This document shows positions 12,681-24,660 of a DNA stretch of 64,000 nt, one piece after another (the stretch's first letter is position 1; every line of letters begins with the position of its first letter). Under the pieces are notes generated by a model, which was given only the letters and a program-made list of their open reading frames with translations, had not been told where the DNA came from and searched no databases. A program made the translations under genes and the position numbers. The stretch lies in contig OX597821.1 in the NCBI GenBank assembly GCA_951406725.2, positions 17,732,001 to 17,796,000 of the forward strand, read 5' to 3'. The stretch is from Octopus vulgaris. Its lineage: Eukaryota.

Positions 12681-13079
12681 ACGAATACAACGTTTTTCGA
12701 TATTTGTTCTGCTCTTTATGCTCTCTCAATTTCTGCCGATGCCAACTTAGCATTATTTCTTTTAGTATCGATAAAATAAAGTACCAGTCAACTACTGGAG
12801 TCGATGAAATTCATTAGTTTTTTCTCAGAATTTCCTAGATGTGCCTAAATTAGAAATAATAAGGTTAGGTTGGCGGAATCGTTAGACAGTCAGAGAAAAT
12901 ACTCGGAAAGTTTCCACCACCACCACTACCATTTTCTCCCAAATTTGTTTATTTTTGTAATTTTTTTGCCAAAAATCCCCGTTTTCGGATACGGAGGTTC
13001 CGGAAAATTGCCAAAAATCAGCATTGTGAAAAATTTTCCCCCTCCTTTCCCCCCAACTTCTTCAATTTTGACTTTTTCC

Positions 13080-13140
13080 CCAACACTAACCCTAACCCTA
13101 ACCCTAAAACCCTAACACTAACCCTAACCCTAAAACCCTT
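13080..13140. repeat. Short interstitial telomere-like (CCCTAA)n tract
   Basis: ctaaccctaaccctaaccctaaaaccctaac... Confidence 0.8.
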
Positions 13141-13990
13141 GAGTACTGGGGTCGATGTGATCGATTTATCCCCTCTCCTAAAATTGCTGGCCTTGTGCCA
13201 AAATTTGAAACTATTATATGGTTTTAATTTTTTTCTTTTACTGATGTAACCCATTCTTGTATACTGTTGAATTAATACAATTTGCCGCCAGTATCTTATT
13301 GTATAATAATAGAACCTGGAGAATCTAATGATGGCCTGCGTCATCACATAATATTTTTATTTCATCCTTTTTTCTTCTTTTTCCTTCTGCTCACGTTTCG
13401 ATTCCCGTATCGGAAGGCGCGTTACGTTATTAAACATGAACCATCATTTCATATTACTCCAGTCACCTAGCTAAAATAAATACCAACCAATTGATGGTAC
13501 AGCCTGCCCTCTCTTCAGTTGTCACATTATAGATATTCTGTTGGGTTGAGAGGGCGATGGGTAGAACCGATAGGGTGTCAGCGTTTACTCGTGACTACGC
13601 AGCCACCGAAAACCTTAAGTGAAAGTATGATACATAATATCGAGTCATACTCGCTTGTGAGTGATACCTATGATTAGCTTTTCTTTAGCTGTTGGGAAAT
13701 AAGGCTTCGACGATTCAATGCTGTTCACACTGGTCTTTCTTGCTCCATATAAGATCCATTTCTCTTCAGCTGTTTCTTTTAAGGTGTTTACCAGCTCTCC
13801 AGATTTTCTATTACTATTGGTGTCCATTTTAATGCCAACTTAGCCTCGGTAAATAGTGGAAGCCAAAAGGTTCAATAGTAGAATGAATTAATTTTCTGTG
13901 GAAGAAAAGAGGTTTAGAGCCTTCTCAATTGTTGAATATTTCCTCACTAGCAGGACCCGTGAATATTTCACAGAATTAATGGTAAACGTA

Positions 13991-14161
13991 GGCGTAGGAG
14001 TGGCTGTGTGATAGGTAGCTTGCTTACGAACCACATGGTTCCGGGTTCAGTCCCACTCCGTGGCACCATGGGCAAGTGTCTTCTACTATAGCTTCGGACC
14101 GACCAAAGCCTTGTGATTGGATTTGGTAGACGGAAACTGAAAGAAGCCCGTCGTACATATG

Positions 14162-14192
<31 letters not shown>

Positions 14193-14376
14193 CCTCAATG
14201 TCGTTTGGCAACCGATGCTGGTTTATTTAAGTCCCCGTAACTTAACGGTTCGGCAAAAGACACCGATAGAATAAGTACTAGGCTTACAAAGAATAAGTCC
14301 TGGGGTCGATTTGATTCGACTAAAGGCAGTGCTACAGTCAAATGACTGAAACAAGTAAAAGAGTAAAAAGAGTAAA
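13991..14376 (+). mobile_element. tRNA-derived SINE family B (CORE-like), with internal microsatellite
   Basis: GGCGYAGGAGTGGCTGTGTGG head, B-box GGGTTCAGTCCC, CORE-like ACCTTGGGCAAGTG, (GTAAAAGA)n tail. Other copies at about 8230-8390(-), 29497-29895, 37640-38053(-), 39369-39830, 40110-40252, 40935-41320(-), 44985-45410(-), 46308-46707, 51930-52300(-), 52987-53380, 57278-57695, 57793-58205, 62380-62768 and 63335-63712(-). Confidence 0.88.
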
Positions 14377-14677
14377 CCTATTATGCTATTTTTGAAAATT
14401 TATCCAAAACCCCTGAAAGCGTTGCCAGTTATGTGTCTGTATTGAAAAATAGTCACTCATCTGAAACTTATTAAAAGTGAAAGAAATTGGAATACGATGA
14501 TTACTTAATGCACTTTATATATACACTTTATATACTTTATGCACAATTTTATAGACTTAATATAACACTCATAAAATAAATATTCGCTCTTATTTTTCCA
14601 TTTTTCCCATTAACAAAAAAAACAACCTCCCATACTTATGATACAACCTTTAGTTAAATTATATATGTCTGCCACAA

Positions 14678-14908
14678 GGCGGTGAGCTGGCAGAAACGTT
14701 AGCACGCCGGGCGAAATGCGTAGCCGTATTTCGTCTGCCGTTACGTTCTGAGTTCAAATTCCGCCGAGGTCGACTTTGCCTTTCATCCTTTCGGGGTCGA
14801 TAAATTAAGTACCAGTTACGCACTGGGGTCGATGTAATCAACTTAATCCGTTTGTCTGTCCTTGTTTTGTCCCCTTTGTGTTTAGCCCCTTGTGGGCAGT
14901 AAAGAAAT
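14678..14908 (+). mobile_element. SINE family A, full length
   Basis: Consensus match, with TSD TATATATGTCTGCCAC on both sides. Confidence 0.88.
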
Positions 14909-15437
14909 ATATATATGTCTGCCACGTAAATAAGCGTGAATATTTCACGGAATTGCACTTATGTGCATGCGTTTAGTGATAAGTGATATAAAAAAAACTT
15001 AGTTCAATTTTTAAAAAATACACTTTTCACAATCCAATCACCGTCGCCACCACCATAACCACCTTCATCTCCACCAGCATCACTACACCACCACCATCAT
15101 CATCTCTCTTTCTCTCTCTCTCTTTTTCTCTGCCTTTCTTTAACCTCACCATCAGAACATACAGTGGCTGTAAAGTAAGAAGCTTGCTTCTCATCTACAT
15201 GGTTCCATGTCCAATCCCACTACGTAGCACAAAGCCGTGTAAATGGATTTGGTAGACGGAAACAAGTCTATTGTACGTACGTACGTACGTACGTACGTAC
15301 GTATGTATGTATGTATGTATGTATGTATGTATGTATGTATGTATGTATGTATGTATGTATGTATGTATGTATGTATGTATGTATGTATGTATGTATGTAT
15401 GTATGTATGTATGTATGTATGTATGTATGTATGTATG

Positions 15438-15467
<30 letters not shown>

Positions 15468-15468
<1 letters not shown>

Positions 15469-15826
15469 TGAGGACTTGACTGTGTCAAGTCCTCGTTAAA
15501 GGCTTTTGATATGCAGGACACTGACTGGGAGAACAATGCCTGTCATCGCCACAGATAGAGGAAGCAGGTTAAGGAGGGGATCGACACTTTTGAGAGAGCA
15601 CGTATCCAGCATGAAGAACTTAAGCGAGCTGCGCGAAAGCGCACGGCTCGTAGAGTGAATGGGGAAAGGTTGGTCTGCAATGTTTGCAGTCGTGTATGCT
15701 TGTGAAGAGCAGGGCTCATTAGCCACCAGTGGAGCTGCAAATGCAAAATATAAGTTAGTCCTAGAGCGCACAATGTTCCTGAAGGTCGGCAATGGTCTTC
15801 CTCGGTCACGAGTGGACGGCCATCAT
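15468..15826 (+). mobile_element. RTE (BovB-like) LINE 3' end inserted in (TATG)n
   Basis: WENNACHRHR*RKQV and C-terminal zinc finger CNVCSRVCL*RAGLISHQWSCK, then a short 3' UTR ending in CATCAT(GTAT)n. Confidence 0.65.
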
Positions 15827-15897
15827 GTATGTATGTATGTATGTATGTATGTAGGTATGTATGTATGTATGTAGGTGGGTAGGTAGGGAGGTAGGTA

Positions 15898-15951
<54 letters not shown>

Positions 15952-16237
15952 TGCCTGTCTGTTTTTGTGTTTGTCACCATCACCATTTGGCAACCAGTGA
16001 TGGTTTGTTTACTTTTCCATAACTTAGCAGTGCGGCAAAGAGACTGATTTAATAAGTACCAGTTTTGTTTTGTTTTTTTTAATAAGTACTGGAGGTAATT
16101 TGTAAGATCGTGCCACCACATGGCCGCAGTTCACTACTTTATACTTACAAGCTGGACAGTTATAGTTCGCCTTTCAGCTCATCTGACATCATCATTCATT
16201 TGTCTGTTATTTGCTTAATAAACTTAGTGTCGGTACA

Positions 16238-16380
16238 TACGAGGGGTGCTGAAAAGTTCCTGGCTTTAGGTAAAAGAAAATACAAGAATATCTATTAATT
16301 ATGATTTTATTCAACATATTCTTCTCTCAGATTTACACACTTATTGCCTAAGCCCTGTAAAAGAACTCAGAAGGTTGGGT
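16238..16380 (+). mobile_element. mariner-like terminal fragment
   Basis: TACGAGGGGTGCTGAAAAGTTCC resembles a mariner TIR. No partner end is seen. Confidence 0.5.
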
Positions 16381-16410
16381 CCTGGTCTTGTATATGTATC
16401 CTATCTCTCT

Positions 16411-16498
16411 ATTCATCCTGACGAGGGGCCCATTGGTGTGATATGTATCAATTGCAATCTAAGTATGGTAATGTGCTCCTGAAATGGCCATAGATAAT
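16411..16498 (+). ncRNA. Candidate type I hammerhead ribozyme with extended stem II
   Basis: AUUcAUC-CUGACGA-GGGGCcCAUUG..loop..UAAUGuGCUCC-u-GAAA-UGGCCA-UA-GAUAAU. Stem III is the palindrome AUGGCCAU. Confidence 0.6.
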
Positions 16499-18135
16499 GT
16501 GTTTAGTTTATCCCTTTCGTTACCAACCCGGCTCTGGCTCTGAGTACAAATGTCTTACTTCCATAAGTTTTGAATTAAAATATTCTACCAAACCTTAGTC
16601 AAAATTTATGTTCCTAACACTAGCTTAATGATAACTAAGTTATTTTACTAAATTCTTAGTTATATTTAAAGCAATTGAAAGAAACACAGAGCTTCGGTTT
16701 ATTCCTTATTTCAGCATGACACATTTTTAGTATTTTAAGTATTTTGTAAATTTTTAGTCGTTTTTAGATGGGACGTTCCTATACGTGTTTTTTTCGCATA
16801 CATGTATATTTTTTTACCTTTGAGGGTTTTCTGTATTTGTATGTCTTATATATTTTAATTTTGATTTATATATTATGAAAGCTATGGTAACATTTATTTA
16901 TATATGATGTATGTTGGAGGTTTGATACCGTATATAGAGTTGTTAACTCATTTTAATGTTTGTTCTATGACCAATGTTTAATTATCCTTGTCTCATTTAT
17001 TTGAGCACTTCTTTGATCAAATTTATAGAAAGACAAAGACGAAGACAGGTGTAGGAACAGCAAGCAAGTGTATTAGTTTGACGCTTGGGAAAAATGGAAA
17101 TGTCTTTTCCGTTTCGAGTCTATGCTTTTCCACAGAAAGGGATAAGAGGAAATAAATAGAGAGAGAAGGAAAAAAAACTTGTTAAGTTCAGTGGTCCAAC
17201 ATACATTACGATTACATCGAAAATGTATTTTTATGCTACACGATTAGCAAGACAATTGTATAAAAGCGAAAAACAGGACAACTAAATAAAAAGTACTCTC
17301 GAAAATAAACCAAACTTCATGCTTAATACAGAATATATTCTATATATATTCCGATTTTAGCTATTAGGCTTTCCATATAATTATATTTCACAAATTTCTA
17401 TACTTTCGTAAACTGTAGTGCAAAAAGAGTCGTAATGAACATTTTATGATGTAGACATACCTCCAAGAAACACCAGACAACTAAAGAACAGAATAGAAAT
17501 ACGTTCAATTTGCATTGCAAAGACTTTGCAAGAATAATCTCTGTGTGTGCGTGTGTGTGTGTAATAGCTGCTTCCTCGTTCTCGAGTATAAGATGATGGT
17601 GATAGTACGTCAAGCGATACCTGTGCATGATGCCTTTTAAAGTGAAGAGAGACCTTGCACACAACCAGTCCTACACTCTGAACACCAAAAAAAATCGGAG
17701 TCTTTCTTCACTTCAAGCCCTGTCCTAACGAGGTCTAGGGGTCACTCACTCTCAGTAATATGGTACACCGTGCTTATTTTCTTATTCTCATGTTTCTATG
17801 CTTAGTGGGACCTGTTGTACCCATTGTTGAAAGTGTGTCACTCCTCCACACCGTCACCGTGTTTTCTGCTTTAAAGTCACCAGTTTGTTTGTGATTGTTG
17901 CTGAGACTATTGCTGTCCGTGAGAAATAGCAAGACCAGTTTTGTGTACACAGTACCGAATGACTGTTGATTTTAATGAGTTCATTCGTCCTTTAGCAGGT
18001 TTTGTTTTTCATCCTGCAGTATGTCAAATCACCCTCTTCGCGAAGCATTCTTGGTGGCGGCAGCCATTTAGCATGGACTAGGCTTTCTCTGTACGAGTTT
18101 AATAGCTAGAAATCTTGACGGAACACAGAACAAAC

Positions 18136-18370
18136 ATGACTGAGCAATCGACTTTACGTTGAACCCTAAGAGGATTTGTTGGATGGGTTAAACGAATTGC
18201 TACAACTCAAATCAACCAAGATAATATTGTTTCTTCCTCAAGAGACAAAACTCTAATACTGGTGACATTGACTAAAGATGAACGACATCAGTATGGCTGT
18301 GCCAAGAAATCTCTGAAGGGGGACACAACTATTTTGTGTCAGATGTGGTCATGTCATCAAATAGAAATTT
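18136..18370 (+). pseudogene. RACK1: RACK1 (GNB2L1) pseudogene, N-terminal WD repeats, probably processed
   Basis: Translates MTEQSTLR*TLRGFVGWVKRIATTQINQDNIVSSSRDKTLILVTLTKDERHQYGCAKKSLKG/HNYFVSDVVMSS, versus RACK1 [46 protein letters not shown]. Contains one stop and one frameshift, and no intron. Confidence 0.92.
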
Positions 18371-18561
18371 GATGACATGACCACATCTGACACAAAATAG
18401 TTGTGTCCCCCTTCAGAGATTTCTTGGCACAGCCATACTGATGTCGTTCATCTTTAGTCAATGTCACCAGTATTAGAGTTTTGTCTCTTGAGGAAGAAAC
18501 AATATTATCTTGGTTGATTTGAGTTGTAGCAATTCGTTTAACCCATCCAACAAATCCTCTT
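18168..18561. repeat. Inverted repeat, 195-bp arms (18168-18362 / 18367-18561), 4-nt loop
   Basis: The right arm is the reverse complement of the left arm. No mismatch found by eye. Confidence 0.95.
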
Positions 18562-18792
18562 GGCAGAAAAAGCCAAAATCATAAATCTATTTAGGATAAT
18601 GAAAAACACAAGTCAGTTATAAGAAATATAAAATAAGCAAAACAACAGAGAAACAGAGGACCATCTCCAGCCTGACGAGATACTCACAGACCCGAGTTTC
18701 TGAATATTAACTGAAAATGAAAGAAAAGAAGCAATAGGTGCCGTGCCGACACTAAATTTATGATAACAGGAACGATTTTTTTAATAATCTTA

Positions 18793-18858
18793 TTTTCAAG
18801 TGACAATCGTCAAATTGTATCCGGCTCCCGTAAGAAATATGTTAAACTTTGGAATACA
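18793..18858 (+). pseudogene. RACK1: RACK1 pseudogene continuation (WD3)
   Basis: [22 protein letters not shown] versus RACK1 [22 protein letters not shown]. Confidence 0.88.
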
Positions 18859-18920
18859 TACACACATCCCCCCCCCAGACACACACACACACTCACACAA
18901 ACACACACAAACAAACAAAC

Positions 18921-19332
18921 GGATCTTTTCGGTTTGAACGGCAGTTTTTAACATAATTTCTAGGTAACTAAAAAATTGTAAACTTTGTATACTGGTAGAA
19001 TGTGTTTATAAAGCATCTTTTTCTCTTGGTTTTATTGAGAAAATTCTATAGTTTGTAAGAAATTTGTTGTTTTTCTTCAATTTCTGCAATTTCAACCAAT
19101 CACTGACCTCTATTGAGATAAAAAAAAAACATTCTGTGCCGTATGAATATGTCCCTCATTTAAGAAACAGATTGGGTTTATTTACATTTGTGAAGAAAAA
19201 AAGATACCCTTCTCACCACCCTTAACCCTAAAACAGATTGAAATGCAATAGATCGATACTAGGGTCATAATTATGGGTGACAATTTCATATGACATCGCT
19301 AGAAAAAACTGCCGTTCAAACCGAAAAGATCG
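18921..19332. mobile_element. MITE of the GGATCTTTT family, internally deleted
   Basis: GGATCTTTTCGGTTTGAACGGCAG / CTGCCGTTCAAACCGAAAAGATCG, TSD AAACAAAC. Confidence 0.82.
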
Positions 19333-19790
19333 AAACAAACGAACAAACACACACACATACACATACACGTATGCACACACATACTTAGAAATATTGGCAC
19401 ATATATGCGGAACATACATACATATTGAGAGACAGACAGACAGACAGACAGATAGCCTCGCAACTTTATTACTAACGAAATAGGTGATACTTAATGTGAT
19501 AAATATTTATTTATTTATTGACTACAAAGTTCACCACTGTCAGGTAATTATATCTTTGTTATTGACCTTAGGTCAAGGTCCGACATTCTCGCTAATTCTC
19601 TATTTTAATGTCATTTATTAAAAAAACACAAACATATCATTATAATTATAAATAGCTGGGCTTTTTTTTTTTCAACTGGTTTAATAAAATTAATATTTTT
19701 CGTTGGTTCCCAAAAGACATTCTTTGATTATTTCTGTGATAAAAATTTCCACAAGCAAACCATCATGCGGCATTTTCAAAACAACTGGAG

Positions 19791-20218
19791 TTTTCTAACA
19801 GTTTTCCGCCAATCCACCGTTGCCATGGATTAGTATCAGGTTGAGTGGAATGATTTTTCGTATTTCAAGCTTTAATTAATAGGTCAAACGAATACCACCT
19901 CCCCCACCGCACGCACACACACACAAAAGATGTTTATTCATGAAAATGCATCCCATCATATTCTAATGTCATTGTACCAGAAGTTGAATTCCATAATTAT
20001 ACCTATTTCTTTATTACCCACAAGGGGCTAAACACAGGGGACAGACAAACACAGGGGACACACAAACAGGGGACAGACAAACAGATTAAGTCGATTACAT
20101 CGACCCCAGTGCGTAACTGGTACTTAATTTATCGACCCCGAAAGGATGAAAGGCAAAGTCGACCTCGGCGGAATTTGAATTCACAACGTAACGCAGACGA
20201 AATACCGCTAAGCATTTC
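19791..20218 (-). repeat. Inverted duplicate of 26749-27164 (SINE A, mariner 3' end and flank)
   Basis: Reverse-complement match that runs across element boundaries. Confidence 0.88.
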
Positions 20219-20221
20219 GAG

Positions 20222-20586
20222 TTACCTCTAGCGAAGACGGAGGTATTGTTTTCAGTCATATTTGCTTGTTTGTCCGTGGACAAGATATCTCAAGAACTGC
20301 TGGATGGATTCAGATGAAACTTTCAGAGATGTTTGGCCTCGGGTCTGCCACAAACTGATTAGATTTGGGGATCGATCCGGTACCGGACAAGGATTATTCT
20401 GAATTATTTCCGTTTTTTTCTTTTTTCTTCTTTTTTTTTTACTTAATATTTGAGAGCGGGCGGGTTCATTTTTAGTATTCTTGTTTGTGAGATCAGTCGA
20501 GTTTATTTCAGATATTCTCTCTGGCTAATTGTTGAGAGTACGTTGGTGTTGCCCTGGCGGAGGTTTGCGCTCTGAGTGCTCTAGTT
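20222..20586 (+). mobile_element. Non-autonomous Helentron/DINE-1-like element
   Basis: TTACCTC..GGAGGTATTGTTTT 5' end, and 3' GGCGGAGGTTTGCGCTCTGAGTGCTCTAGTT (subterminal IR, hairpin, CTAG). Confidence 0.62.
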
Positions 20587-20808
20587 ATATTTACTTTAGA
20601 TAGTTTCAAGAAGAAAATCAATTACGTTGATCGATCCTTCTTGTAGGGGTTATGCGTGTATATATGTACAGGCATATATCTGTTAGTTTATTAACATTGG
20701 AAGCGAAACTGTCCTTATCAGGTAATCAAATACGCCAGCTGCTGTAGATTATTAAATCTAGTTAAAATATATTGATTCAGTATAAAGATTAAACTCACAC
20801 AAATATAT

Positions 20809-20933
<125 letters not shown>

Positions 20934-21465
20934 TGTATGTATGTATGTATGTATATATATTTGTGTGTGTGAGTGTCATATATATATATATATGTGTGTG
21001 TGTGTGTACGTGTAAGAATTGTTTGAACTCGAAGGGAATTTGAAGCTTTTTTCTGTAAGACGAAAGCAAACAAAATTTGTATAACTAAACCAAAGAGCAA
21101 ATAATAGAAAGAGATTTTTTTGTAGATACAGTTGTCTCTGATATCTGTTTTCTCTTTCATATCTTACATATTTCCTCACTAGAACTGCAATAACATACTT
21201 ATTATACTTATTTTAAATCATTGTAAAAGTGACCTCTGGAAAATACCGGTTTTCTTATTAGACCTTGTGGTAATTAATTTCCAAAAGTTAAATCTAGGGC
21301 AAGCTTGGACAAACGTTCTCGAGAAGCAGACTGCATGAGACAAGTCTCATTACAAAAAGAAAATGACGTGTATGTTATTTTCCTCGTGAAATCGAGCGTG
21401 CTATTCAGAAAGTCCCGCGGGCCGCATTTTGCCCGTGACTGCTCTAGTGTTTCATTTTATGTTTC

Positions 21466-22262
21466 GGATCTTTTCCTTTTGAACGGCATATGTCAACACA
21501 ATTTCTAGTTAACTAAACACTTCTAAACTTCGTATACTGGTAGAATGTGTTTATAAAACATCATTTTTTTCTTGGCTTTATTGAGAAAATTCTATGGTTT
21601 GTAAGATATTTCCACTTTAAAATCGAGTATTTCGGCAATTTTAACCAATCGCTGACCTCCATTTAGGTAAACAACATTCCGTGCTTTAAGAAACATTTGC
21701 GAAGAAAAAAAGATACCCTTCTCCCACCCCTAACTTAACCCTAACCCCACCCCTAACCCTACGCTGACTAACCCTAACCCTAAAACAGATTGAAATGCAA
21801 TAGATCGATACTAGAGTTATAATTATGGGTGACATTTTCATTTGACACCGCTAGAAAAAAATCCCATTTTCCGTAGCGGTGTCGTATGAAATTGTCACCC
21901 ATAATTATAACCCTAGTATCGATCTATTGCATTTCAATCTGTTTTAGGGTTAGGGTTAAGTTAGGGGTGGGGGAAGGGTATCTTTTTTTCTTCGCAAATG
22001 TAAATAAACCCAATCTATTTCTTAAAGGAGGGACATATTCATACAGCACAGAATGTTTTCGCCCCAAATGGACTCCAGCGATTGGTTAAAATTGTCGAAA
22101 TGCTCGATTTTAAAGTGAAAATTTCTTACAAACTATAGAATTTTCTCAATAAAGCCAACAAAAAATGATGTTTTAAAACACATTCTGCCAGTATACGAAG
22201 TTTAAAAGTGTTTAGTTAACTAGAAATTGTGTTGAAAACTGCCGTTCAAAAGGAAAAGATTC
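21466..22262. mobile_element. Foldback MITE (GGATCTTTT family) with telomere-like repeats
   Basis: Long inverted arms, TSD TATGTTTC, (CCCTAA)n at about 21725-21785 and its mirror at about 21945-21972. Confidence 0.87.
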
Positions 22263-22300
22263 TATGTTTCTATAGTAGCTTCCTTTTTTTAACAGTATTC

Positions 22301-23033
22301 GGATCTTTACCTTTTGATGTACAGATTTAAAAAATAATCTTTTGTAACTAAACACTTTCAATCTTTGGACACTGGTAGAATGTGTCATATAAAACATCTT
22401 TTACTCTTAGCATTTTCGAGAAAAACTTATATTTGCGAAGTAATTTCACGTTAAAGTAGGCCTATTTCGGTAATTTCAACCAATCAATAACGTGTATTCG
22501 CTTGAATAAAATTACTGCCGTTGTTTGTCAACAACAACTATCGGCGGTGTATTTTTCATTTGTCACTGTTATTTATGACATCGTTTGTGCGTTTGTTTTA
22601 GCTTTAAGGTTTTAGGGTTAGGGTTAGGATTTTAGGGTTAGGGTTTTAGGGTTAGGGTTTTAGGGTTAAGGTTTCAGGGTTATGGTTAGGGTTTTAGGGT
22701 TAGGGTTACGGGTAAGGATTTAGGGTTAGGTTTAGGGTTTTAGGGTTAGGGTTGTCATAAATAACAGTAACAAACGAAAAATACACCGCCGATAGTTGTT
22801 GATGACAAACAACGGCAGTAATTTTATTCAGGTGAATACACGTCATTGATTGGTCGAAATTACCGAAATAGGCCTACTTTAACGTGAAATTACTTCGCAA
22901 ATATAAGTTTTTCTCAAAAATGCTAAGAGTAAAAGATGGCTTATATGACACATTCTACTAGTGTCAAAAAGTTTGAAAGTGTTTAGTTACAAAAAATTAT
23001 TTTTTATATCTGTACGTCAAAAGGTAAAAATCC
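22301..23033. mobile_element. Foldback MITE (related subfamily) with central (TTAGGG/TTTTAGGG)n
   Basis: GGATCTTTACCTTTTGATGTACAG / CTGTACGTCAAAAGGTAAAAATCC, TSD CAGTATTC, G-rich tract at about 22605-22753. Confidence 0.87.
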
Positions 23034-24344
23034 CAGTATTCTGACAATTCTAATTAGCATCGATAATTTACATTGTGATTTAAGTGAATAATATTCATAT
23101 ATTCCTAATTTATCCGATATCTTAAGGTTGTCTTTACCTTTCATCTTTTTGGGGTCGATAAAATAAGTACTAGTTGATCAACTGGGGTCGTTGTAATCGA
23201 GTTACGCCCTTCCCCGAAATTGCTGACCTTGTGCAAAAATTTGAAACCACTATTTATTGTAATGTTTTTAGGCTTCTGTTTCAAACTATAGGTTGTCGTT
23301 TCGTGCAACAAAGCTGGGAACATCTTAATTTCTACTTGATATAATTCACTACACACACATACACACATCCGCACGCACACACACATACACACACACACAC
23401 ACACAAACATACAATGCGTAAAATTCTTCCAGCAAAAAAAAAAACCTCAAACACGCATGTAAATATGTTCTTTTCTTACTTCTCTCTTTCTCCCTCACTG
23501 CTATGTGTGTGCGCGTGTGCGAGTGGGAGTGGGAGTGCGCATGTATGTATGTATGTATGTATGTATGTATGTATGTATGTATGTATGTATGTATGTATGT
23601 ATGTATGTGTGTATGTATGTTTGTGTGTGTGCGTGTGTGTATGTATCCTAATGAATGTGTATGTGTTTGTGTGTCTGTGTGCATATTCCAATACTTATTG
23701 ACATTACCCAGCTGACATTCAAGAATCGCAATATGTGAGTAATTTCGAGAAAATTGAAAGTATTTGAAACCCGGACATTTTCCAATGTTTTGACAAATAT
23801 AATTGAAAATATTTTTTGACGTCAGTTTGCTAGTTTATGCGTTCATCATTTTATAGATTATATTAGTAAACTAATCGTTCGGTTAAAATATGTGATTATT
23901 CCTCACAGACATTTAACCATGAACTTTCGTGAACGTTGGAATGTATCCAGGGCTGTGTCAAACAGATTGGAAAATAAGGTATCTATTCCCAGATCGCTGA
24001 AGGGAATAGAAACTCTGAAAGATAAAAATGTTGGATTCAAAAGAGAGAGAGAGAGAGAAATATGCGATGTATTGAAATCAGGAACCAATAACTTGGTAGC
24101 TCAATATCCACCAAATTGCTGTATCGTTTCTGTTTCCAGAGTCTATAACAGGCATGGGCAACCTTTATCAAGAAACAGGCCACAATGGAACTGGTTCAGT
24201 ATCAGGCGAGGCGCACTACTAAAACGATTCAAGGTATTTTTTTCATTAAGGTGTGCCATTCAGGAAGTTCAGCTGGCCGCATTTTCCCCCATGATTGGTC
24301 TATAAATATCTATGGAGAAAAAAATTAAGATCTCACAAAACTGG

Positions 24345-24608
24345 TAATTCTCTCTTTCCTTCTCTTTTTTCTTTCTCTCTCTCTCTCTCTCTCAATCTCT
24401 CTCTCTCTCTCTTCCTTTTTCTCTCTCCTTTTGCTTTTCTCTCACACGTTTTCTCTCTCTCTCTTTCTCTCCCTCCCCCTTTCTCTGTCTCTCTTTCTCT
24501 CCCTCCCCTTTCTCTGTCTCTCTTTCTCTCCCTCCCCCTTTCTCTGTCTCTCTTTCTCTACCTCCCCCTTTCTCTGTCTCTTTCTCTCTCTTCCTTTCTT
24601 TCTCTCAC

Positions 24609-24648
<40 letters not shown>

Positions 24649-24660
24649 TTCTCCCTTTAT
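24345..24660. repeat. Polypyrimidine (CT)-rich tract with ~30-bp higher-order unit
   Basis: CCTCCCCTTTCTCTGTCTCTCTTTCTC repeated about 4 times. Confidence 0.9.

Noticed and set aside
22605-22753. True telomere or chromosome-fusion scar
   Set aside because: The tract is short, degenerate and enclosed by transposon TIRs with a TSD.
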